In this document: in pieces, positions 11,308 to 20,000 of the stretch
Position numbering within the stretch: position 1 is the stretch's first letter
How the letters are laid out: every line of letters begins with the position of its first letter
Source of the DNA: Kondoa subrosea
Taxonomy: Eukaryota
DNA: 20,000 nucleotides
Direction: 5' to 3'
Assembly: GCA_039545335.1 (NCBI GenBank)
Contig: BCIN01000003.1
Location: 1,925,055-1,945,054, forward strand
Notes under the pieces: generated by a model
What the model was told of the DNA's origin: nothing
Databases searched by the model: none
The model's input: the letters and a program-made list of their open reading frames with translations, nothing else
Program-made: the position numbers and the translations under genes

Positions 11308-12915
11308 TTACGAGGCAACAATGCTTCCCGACTTGTTGTCAGTAGCAGTCTTGCGTTGACCGTAAGCTTTGGTAGCGTATTCACCGTTTTCGACGATGAG
11401 GTTGGCTGGATTTTGGTCTTTCTTGGCCAAATGACGCTGGATGATGTCAATTGTGCCATCGGCATAACGTTTTTGAGCATCGAGAGTGGTTCCAGAGTAG
11501 TGGGCGACCTGATGGCGATTATTATGAGAAAAACGCTGACGGAAAAGAAGCAGGACAACGTACCATTCCATTTCCTCCGCCAAGATGGTTTCTCATGGCC
11601 CGCCAAGGGTGGTCCTTAGGAGCAGGTTGAGGGAACCAGACATCTAGAAGACAATTTTAGAAACTTCAAACTAGAAGAAAGAGAACAAAAAACTCACCAC
11701 CAGAGTAACCGTTAATCTGACCGCTCTTGAGCGCTTCAGCAACATCTTCAGCAACAGCTAGAGCACCACGAGCGGTGTTGACCACCCAGCAGCCCTTCTT
11801 GAGGTAACCAAGAGTTTCTTTGTTCAAGATACCCTTTGTTTGTTCGTGAAGAGGGCAGTTGAGGGTGAGGACATCAAGCTGGCCTAAGAATTCCTTGAGG
11901 TCTTCTACACGGCGAGCGTTGACTGATTTAGCTGCTTCGGCAGGAAGTTCAGTGTAATCGTCTATAAAGAAGGTCAGATCACGTCAAGTTTGATATGCTG
12001 GCAGGGAAGACATACAGTAGAGAAGTTCCTTGCAGTCGAAAGGAACAAGACGTTGAAGAACTCTGTAACCAATTCGGCCGGCACCAAGAGTCCCGACAAC
12101 TTTGCCTTCAAGATCGAAAGCGTTTCTGGCAACAGCGGCGACGTTCCAGTCTCCACTGATGATTTGTTCGTGGGCTGGGACGAAGTTGCGGACAAGGAGA
12201 AGGATAGACATCTAATATATACTTAGCACTTCATCACAAAAAGACGTCACGAAAGACTTACGACAACGTGTTCAGCGACGGATACGACGTTGGAGCCTGA
12301 GACTTCAGCGACAGTGATCTTCTTTTCGTTGGCACTAGTATAGGAGAAGAGCAGACATGAGAGACAAACCAAGAAATGGACCAATTAAGACTCACGCGTT
12401 CAAGTCAATGTGGTCAGATCCGACACCAGCGGTGACAGCGAGAGTAAGCTTCTTGGCCTTCTTGAGGACAGAGGCGGTTGCGTAACCAGGGTGGAAAGGT
12501 GTAGTGATGCTGTAAGCAAAGAGTCAGAACCAATTCAAACAACACTGAGACTCGCCTACAGGATCTCGGCATCTACGATTTCCTTTTCGAAGACGGAGTT
12601 TTCCTGCAATCTTTTTTCAGCACATATTACATGCGAATCAAAGTTCGAGTACATACGCCTTCCTTGTCATCGGTGACGACCAATTCGTGACCATTGTCTT
12701 TGCACCATTTCTCAATGCCACTATGATCATCTCGCGTGAGCTAGAAGACAGGACGGAACTATGATGATGGCTTACAGCTTGTTTTCGATTGTTCCCAAAA
12801 GACGAGGCTCTTCGGAAGCACTTTGACCTCCAGAGTAAAGGACAGCTAAGATTTTCTGCAAGCCATGCAATATTAGTTATGTCGCCATGAAACAATGAGA
12901 TGGACGTACGACCAT
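11308..12915 (-). CDS. FDH1: NAD-dependent formate dehydrogenase
   Basis: Spliced [12 protein letters not shown]...[60 protein letters not shown] (Rossmann), [56 protein letters not shown]. An additional intron at 12980-12928 lies upstream of the ATG. Confidence 0.96.
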
Positions 12916-13474
12916 ATTGAATGTAAGCTAATGCGGAGAAAGCTCAGCATTGCTTCTCCTCGGACGAGTCAAGGGCTCACTTGGTTTAGAGAGTAGAGAT
13001 GTGTAAGATTGAGAGCAGGATGCTTGTATGAGAAGAAGAAGAGAGCAGTTCGTGAGGACGTGGTGTTTAAGCGTTCTCCACCTTTTGCGGCGTTAAAGCT
13101 CCGGTCCGTCCGCAAACGCCTTGGTGTATTATTGTGCGCTCCAGTTCCTGATCTGTAGAGCCTGGCCAATCATGACAAGACTATGACAAGACCTTCTGTA
13201 GTAGGTATTCTCTTCGTTGCAACTTGGCAGATCAATCCCGTTGATACACAATCCAGGGACTCCCTGCCTAATTAGCAAGGCAAGCGGGTAGCCAATGTGC
13301 TTGCCGGAACGGATCGCAGCTTCTTGAGACGAGCTTGGCTAGCGAGAATGCTGCCCTTTGTTCTGTACCTCAAGTGTACCTCTGCAATGCCAAATTTATA
13401 TTACTTAGCGCCTTTTCTTGCCAACCGCTTCGAATGAGTAGTCCTTACATCAAGTGAATCCATAGATATCCCTC

Positions 13475-15402
13475 ATGGCTCTACAAGCAGAGACTGTTGT
13501 AGTCCAGCCAAAGCGTCGAAGCAGGAATGATCTTTTCAGCACCAATTTCAGATCCGATGTACCTCATGCCAGAGCAGAGCGTAGTCCCACTCTAGCTAGC
13601 AATCCAAGCTGGCCGACCGAGACCAAGCCGAACAGATGGCTCATGAACAACAGCAATAAAGATCAGAACATTACTAAATCTCTGTCTAAATCGCCTGCCC
13701 GATCTACAAGATCTAGCATCTCCACAGAAGCTGGTCTTTCACCTGCTAGTAGCAAGCACGAATTACCTACAGAGCTGCTGGATTTCCTCATTCCTGAGGA
13801 TGTGTCATACTTCTCCTCGGACTTGCGTTGCAGATTGTCGCCGACTCGCAATTACCTGCTTGGCGTAGGTCGACAATCTTCAGTATATCTAGCATCTTAT
13901 CGTTCAGCCGGAAAATGGCGTCTTTGCGCTGGGAAACGAGTGAATGGAGATAGAGAAGCGCACGTTGAAGCATTAAGGGAAGCCTATATCATATCAAGAC
14001 TCAGCACAGGTCTTGAGACAGGCAACAACAACCATATCATAAGGCTATTAGGTCTGAAGCAAGAAAACGAATTGGAAATATGGCAACCTGACTTGGATCT
14101 GGAAATCCGATCAAGAGCTTCTTCAACAGCAGCCTCGATCAGAAGCTTTGGTCTTGGGTTATCTGGTTCATCTTCTAGCTCTCACTCTCATCCAATTGAT
14201 CTGCTCGATATACCTTCCGATTCTGCTCCTTCTATGAAAATGCGCAATTCAACTTCAATGCATTCTATTCCAGCTTTAGGCAAACGTGAATCCCTCGAAT
14301 TCGATCTAGTCAGACGTGCTGCATCTTTAAGAGAACGTACAGCTTCTTCTCGCTCCAGTCTGGTCGAACCTGCACCATCAGAACCCAGCATTATCGTCTT
14401 CATGGAATTGTGTTCAAAAGGAACGACAGCGGCTTTCATTAGAAGACAACCTTTCCTCGTCACTAGAAGCATATGGCTTAAATGGGCGAAACAAATATCA
14501 ATAGCTATTTTGCATTGTCATCGGATGGGTATCTTGCATGGCGATGTCAAGACGCAGAATATTATGGTTAGTGAGATCGTTGTTTTTGCTGATTATTCTG
14601 ATATTTTGTACAGTTGAATGATAATCTGGACGCCTACCTGACCGATTTTGGCATGTCACTCTACTTACCACATGCTCCGCCAACAGAAGGCTTAGGATTA
14701 GGTACAACAATCTACGCAGCACCTGAAGTAGTTCAAGCTTCTTCTAAAACGATCGGTTACCCATCAGATGTTTACGCTTTTGGTGTAACGCTCAATTCTC
14801 TCTTAACTGGGCATGAGCCGTATTTCAATTGTCGTAGTACGGTAGAACAAATGTTATGGGTTTCAAGAGGTGCTTATTGGGAATGGGAAAGTCGAAGAAA
14901 ATTAGCAGAAACCGATTCTCTTGATCCGAACGAAAACAACAATAGAAGATTTTCAGGTAGCGGCAGTTTCAGATATGGTCAATCCAATCTCAGTGTGGAA
15001 TCTTTTGAAAGTGGTAGATCTTCTTTCATAAGAGCTAGTCCTTCAACTGGTGGGAAAAAAGGACCTTCTTTAAAAGCGGTTGCGAGTTTGCTCAAAGAAG
15101 ATGAAGGGGAAGAAGAATCAGAATGGAATGGAAAGGGATTGCGATTGGAAAGACCTGTTTCTTCTCTAGCGGCGGAAGATTCAGATGAAGAACCACCTCA
15201 AAGTCCTACTATTCCTTCCTATCGAAAACACGTTTCACCTACTTTAAGATCTTATTCCGATGGTTCACCAGTTCAATATTTCCTTTCTGGTGCAGATCCA
15301 GTACCGGAAGGTATTCTCAGGTTGTTGCAAAGAATGACGGCTGCAAACGCTTCGGACAGACCGACGATGAAAGAGGTGTTTAATGCTTTGCAGGTATTCT
15401 AG
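13475..15402 (+). CDS. Ser/Thr protein kinase (non-RD) with large inserts
   Basis: LGVGRQSSVY (Gly loop), CAGKR, EALREAYI, HIIRLLG, MELCSKG, HGDVKTQNIM, TDFGMS, GTTIYAAPE, SDVYAFG, DRPTMKEV. Single intron 14567-14613. Confidence 0.92.
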
Positions 15403-15845
15403 TTCGACAGGTAAGGCACCTTTATGCTTTCGTTTCGATGTCGCTGAGAAGTGTAGATGATCATAGTTTATTATTTTTATACGCATGGTTTTCTGTCTTG
15501 CCAAGTTTGGCGAAGCAGCTTTCGCAATTCGATGCAAGACTTGGCGGTACGTTGGTTCTGCTTTGCGCTCTCGTCACGGTGTTTAAAGAGTACGCAGCGG
15601 AAGATTTACAGTCAAGTAACCAGATCAGCTCTGGTTTCAAGGCCTTCCGTATGATCGTGCTCGCATTGCATTGAATTAGGTTGTAGTCGATAGACGCTAT
15701 TCTGTGCTTTCAATGTAATGTGAAGATGTAGCTCACGTCTTCCTGCAATTGCCAGAGCTGACTTCCGACATGCAATACTTAAATGTCGTTTCTCGTCCGC
15801 AAACAGATACCTTGAAGGTTGATATCCACAAAGAAAATACCAGAT

Positions 15846-17069
15846 ATGGGCAAGAAGGTCAAGCTAGCCTCAGGCGCGTTTCTGGCCAGACAGGGCGTAT
15901 AAACGATGTATTGAGATTTTGCATAAACAGCATTACAGAAGCAGCAGGAGAAGCAGAAGAAAGCGGATTACAATGCAGAGCTACAGAACAGGCCATCAAA
16001 GAAGCCGAAGCTCGATAAAGGCAAAGCGAAAGCTGTCGAAGCAGAGCCTGTCAAGAAATGGATTCCGTTTGATGAAAATCAAAGGATCTTGCTCGTGGGC
16101 GAAGGTGACGACTGTCGCTAGTAGTTGGGAAGTGGATGCTCATCATCATGCTGTAGCCAACTTTTCCTTTACTCTTTCCCTTCTGACCCATCATATTCCT
16201 TATGCTGCACCAAACATCATTGCTACCTCTTATGATTCTTTCGAGGTTTGCAAAACCAAGTACGCTGATGCTGAGGAGAACGTCACTACGGCTAGTCCCT
16301 TCTGCTTCTCAATGTAATCATCTCTGATAGTCAAATTAGCTCCGAGACATGGGCGCTACAGTTCTCTTCGATGTCGATTGTGGAACACTAGAAACTGTCA
16401 AAGCACTCAAAGGCAAAACTTTCGATCGAATAGTCTTCAATTATCCTCATGTTGGCTTGGGAGAGAAAGATGAAGCTCGAAATATACGATTCAACCAAAC
16501 TCTCTGCTTGAGGTTCTTCAGAAGTGCTGCGTCGTTTTTGGCTCTTGGAGATATGCCTAGGAGTGTGACTAGTGGGAAGAAGAGGAAACGAATAGAAGGA
16601 CTGGATTCGGATGAGGAAGAGATGATTTCTCAAGAAGATCGTGGATCGATATTAATTACGTTGAGAGATGCTAAGCCCTACTCTGAATGGAATGTACCGT
16701 ACGTATACCCGCTCCAGGCGATACCTTCAATTCGCTCATGCTCTTGAATCTAGCTCACTGGCAAAGAAAGGCTCATTATACGTTAAAACTCTCTTACCTC
16801 AACTCAAAGCAGATCCAGATACCCAGCCAAGCTACGTCGTGGTCCGATCAGGCGCTTTTGACGCCTCACTTTATCCTGGATACAGTCATAGAAGAACGAT
16901 AGGCTACAAAGAAGGGACGTCTTTCGATGACAGCGTGGATACCAAGTACTCTGCAAAGGAGAGGAAGAAGGAAGTGAAGACGCAGGAAGCTGGGAGTTCA
17001 AAGATGTGGCAGTTGTGTTTGCTTGAGCAGCCTGTTGTAGTGAAGACGGGTTGGGCGTCGAGGGAGTGA
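15846..17069 (+). CDS. BMT5: 25S rRNA (uridine-N3)-methyltransferase, DUF2431/Bmt5 family
   Basis: Spliced MGKKVKLASALQKQQ...RILLVGEANFSFTLSL, IIATSYDS, VLFDVDC, FDRIVFNYPHVG, RNIRFNQTL, GSILITL...PYSEWNV, FDASLYPGYSHRRTIG. Four introns, two with probable GC donors (15874-15930, 16291-16339). Confidence 0.88.
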
Positions 17070-17309
17070 TGCGCAGTTTGGGAATTGGAGCGAGACTTGC
17101 AGGAACGCTAGCATAGCTGACACACTCCATAATTGCTCGAATGCGTGTGGGAAGTCGATAATGCTCACTGATATTGCTATACGGTCTACCTGCAACCACG
17201 GTCCAACGGTCGCGCTAGACTAAGTCTCGCAGAGGAAGCGTAAGGCTTCTCTGCTGCACAGCTCTTGCTCTCGCAGCACCCACCGAGCTTTCAGGAATTC
17301 GACTTACCG

Positions 17310-18613
17310 ATGAACTTGCTCGATCTGCCTTCGGAGCTGCTTCAAATGATCGCACATGAAGCCTACTGGGCATTTGATGATGAATTGTCGGGCGAACCTT
17401 TGTCGTACGATTGGCTGCGCAAACCTATCCATGGTCAACTGCGGCATTCTGATAGCACTCTGGTATTCTGGACTTCTGCTGACTGCTTGGCTCTCTCATG
17501 TCAGAAGCTTTGGCATCTGACGCGTTCTGAGCAACTCTATGGCTTCGAATTGTTGCATGAAACGAACAAGGAGGTGCAAGAGCAAATCGATCATTACGGG
17601 TCTGATCTGTCTTATGTGAGGATTCTTGAATGCTATATTGCATATCGTAGGCGCTTCGGAATTTGACATGATGCTCCACGCTCATTCCAGACTCTCTCTA
17701 GCCAAACGCAAGCTAGCGCTAGAGCCCGCGTCACGTCAAGATGAGAACGGTGCCATGGGGACAACAGCCGATCCATATGAAGAGAACGAGCGTGCTGATT
17801 CGATTTGTCGATTTATATCGCAGTGCAAGCTTTTGCGAAAGCTGGTCATCGATTTCACACTGCATTCTTCATTCAAGTCTACTCTGTCTGGTCTTTCCAC
17901 TCTTACGCAATTGCATATCTCACGAAGTCGACACCCTCTGAACGAAGAAGTTATAGCAAGCATTATTGACAAGCTCCCTTGCTTGCTCGTGATTGAATTG
18001 AAGGACATAGTCGAAGGAAACCATGAGATTGGTGACATGAGGTTGAGGAATGCGTTGGCGTCACGTAATCGACTGTTCGAGCTGACTTTGAAAAACTGTT
18101 CTGCTTGTAATGACGGCTTTATGTGAGCTGGTTTGGCATCATTAGCAGTTCTGAAACTCATTTGCGTCCAGGGACATTTGATGGCTGGGCAATCTTGTAC
18201 ACCTCTGCATCGGGTGTAAACTGAATCTCAACTCTGCAAACGCGATTATTACAAGTCTCGGCTCCAACTTGCAGACTTTGCAGATCTCTACCATTCTGGA
18301 CGACGGCACAGATGAGAGCGTGCCATTCAATCTGCCGAAGCTACAACAGCTTCAACTTTCGACTTTGACACCCGTTCATCTCCTGCGAAGGTTCGCCTCG
18401 CCTGTTTTGCAGGAACTTGCACTTGTCATGTGCGAGAACTTTACCATGCAAGACTTTAGCAAGATCATCCTGGAGAAATCTTTCCCTCGTCTGATTCTTC
18501 TGGACCTTCGAGCTCAGCCGTTTGATGGCCTGAGAGGATTTCAAGAGCAATGTAAAGAAGTTGGGCTGACTTTGGAAGTGTTGATGCCGTGGCCTGAAAC
18601 GGACGAGGAGTAG
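17310..18613 (+). pseudogene. F-box/LRR-like gene with an in-frame premature TGA (pseudogene, null allele or sequencing error)
   Basis: F-box start MNLLDLPSELLQMIA and LRR-like segments (LLRKLVI, TLTQLHIS, KLQQLQLS, VLQELAL). Introns 17647-17701 and 18123-18171. Exon 3 reads M-D-I-TGA(18179-18181)-W-L-G-N-L-V-H-L and then stays open to TAG at 18613. Confidence 0.62.
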
Positions 18614-19772
18614 CTTGAGTGGGAGGAAGAACGAAGAATTGTATGCATGCATCAAGGTTTGTCTTCTACATCACGTTTCCCGAGGTCACAAGCTCACATC
18701 ACATCATGATACAGTTGAGATGGACTGTGCAGGATATGATCAGCTAGTTACCAAACATCGCTCTCGGCTCTACCGACAGCACGTCTTATAACCTAAGCTG
18801 TTTTCTCTTACTGTCCATTTACTGAGCCTTAGTTCACTGTTTTGGAGCTCTTCTATCCAATTCTTTCAACCATGTCTGCACGGTCTGTTTGGAGTTTGTC
18901 TCTTTCGTTTCGATGTTGCAATTGTTGTGTCTTGCCTTTTTTCTTGTCTCGTCGTCTTCTTGATTACAAGATTTTCGATGAGCTTCGCTGCTCGCTAAGC
19001 AAGCAACTACGGTACAAGAAACCATTCCCGCCCCGCGCTAGTTCCTGCGCCTTGTGGTGCACTTATGCCTAGACATTTGCTTTCTTGTCATTGCTGAATT
19101 TTTGGAAGGCGTTTTGCTGTCTTTTTGCCCATATTCTTCCTGTCATCGTTACTGCATTGTAGTGCCAGGGATTATGCAATTCTGTCAGCATTGTTTCCAT
19201 ACTTACATCAGTTCTGTCAGCTTGTCGAGTTTGGAGAATCCCATCCATGATCTGCATTCATCATCATGCCAACTCGATTCCTTTCGTACTACACGGCTTG
19301 CAGTATATCTTATGAATTTGTATTGTTTGCCTGTGATCTGTATTCCATCTAACGTTGCTGTTTGGTGGACCTTTTCAGTTCCTTGTGGGATATTTTTTAC
19401 GGTCTGTTTATCTTATTGACTCGAAATATATGCAGTCTGTGAAGATGTGTTTCTCCGTCTCGTTTTCAGTGCAGAGATCTATATATCCTTTGCTAGCTGA
19501 ATATAAGGTGTATAGGTATATCGCAGCCAGTGAACGAGTGCGAAACATCGCTCGAGCCAGGGTCATGTATACGCTGCCTTGTGTTAAAAATCTTTCTTCC
19601 TTGTTTCCGTGTCCTTGCACCGCGATCAGAGACAGGTATGGATAGACCGTCTAGTAGAAAATGCCTCGTCGAGAGCGAAAGGACGCAGAAGAGAGCATCC
19701 AAAAGTTTTTTTTCATCGCAAATGACGGTTAGATGTTGCTAAAAAGAAGAGGGCTCAGCCCGCCAACCAAGC

Positions 19773-19777
19773 AAAAA
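19773..19777 (-). terminator. RNA polymerase III oligo-T terminator of the tRNA gene
   Basis: TTTTT on the minus strand 12 nt downstream of the discriminator base; a second T5 lies at 19741-19745. Confidence 0.65.
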
Positions 19778-19825
19778 GACAGGCCTAGTAGATCTACCGC
19801 GGACTCGAACCGCGAGTCTCCTGAT

Positions 19826-19834
19826 TGTACGGTA
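19826..19834 (-). other. Canonical tRNA intron (position 37/38), 9 nt, TACCGTACA
   Basis: Starts one base 3' of the anticodon and contains CGTA, complementary to the TACG of the anticodon loop, as is typical of SEN-spliced introns. Confidence 0.85.
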
Positions 19835-19845
19835 TCGTAGTCAGA

Positions 19846-19896
19846 CTGGATGAGGAGATGAGCATGTGAAATACAGAGGGTGATGAAGCGGCTTAC
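19846..19896 (-). other. Spliceosomal-type intron (51 nt) inside the tRNA between positions 26 and 27
   Basis: GCG|GTAAGC donor, ATGCTCAT branch-like motif, pyrimidine-rich tract, CCAG| acceptor. Precise removal restores the cloverleaf. Confidence 0.82.
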
Positions 19897-20000
19897 CGCC
19901 TTAACCATTGGGCCAGTAGACCAATATGATCAAATGAAGCGGGATGTATAATCTCTATTCCATGTCTTTTGGTTTTGTAGAGCAATGCCATATAGGGCAC

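Larger units (their letters stand above)
19790..19922 (-). tRNA. tRNA-Arg (anticodon ACG) interrupted by two introns
   Basis: Exons 19922-19897, 19845-19835 and 19825-19790 join to 73 nt: GGTCTAC TG GCCC AATGGTTAA GGCG TCTGA CTACGAA TCAGG AGACT CGCGG TTCGAGT CCGCG GTAGATC T. The acceptor, D, anticodon and T stems all pair. A-box TGGCCCAATGG and B-box GGTTCGAGTCC are intact. Confidence 0.93.

Noticed and set aside
11129..12676. Plus-strand ORFs overlapping FDH
   Set aside because: Antisense shadows of a codon-biased gene with no independent motifs.
15403..15845. ORFs 15438-15674 and 15457-15654
   Set aside because: Short with no recognisable features; consistent with the kinase 3' UTR and BMT5 promoter.
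18179..18181. Selenocysteine recoding of the in-frame TGA
   Set aside because: Dikarya are not known to have Sec machinery, the site is not a redox-motif context, and no SECIS-like element was recognised.
18700..19742. Several 60-120 aa ORFs on both strands
   Set aside because: Cys/Phe/Ser-rich translations of a T-rich strand with no recognisable motif or coherent exon chain. Probably non-coding, although a lncRNA cannot be excluded.

Overview
Gene-dense fungal genomic DNA, probably a basidiomycete (inferred from protein style and many short 42-59 nt introns). It contains ten intron-containing protein genes: mitochondrial Tyr-tRNA synthetase (partial, -), RNAi-type RNA-dependent RNA polymerase (+), CRAL-TRIO/Sec14 (Csr1-like, -), signal peptidase subunit Spc3 (-), an F-box protein (-), a hypothetical zincin-like gene (+), NAD-dependent formate dehydrogenase (-), a non-RD protein kinase (+), the 25S rRNA methyltransferase Bmt5 (+), and an F-box/LRR gene with an in-frame stop (+). 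The standout feature is a tRNA-Arg(ACG) gene (19790-19922, -) with two introns: a canonical 9-nt tRNA intron at 37/38 and a 51-nt insert between positions 26 and 27 that looks like a spliceosomal intron (GTAAGC...GCTCAT...CCAG). Also notable are a degenerate internal duplication of about 55 aa in the RdRP, a 3-nt micro-exon in the CRAL-TRIO gene, and four probable GC-AG introns. All exon models were assembled by eye.
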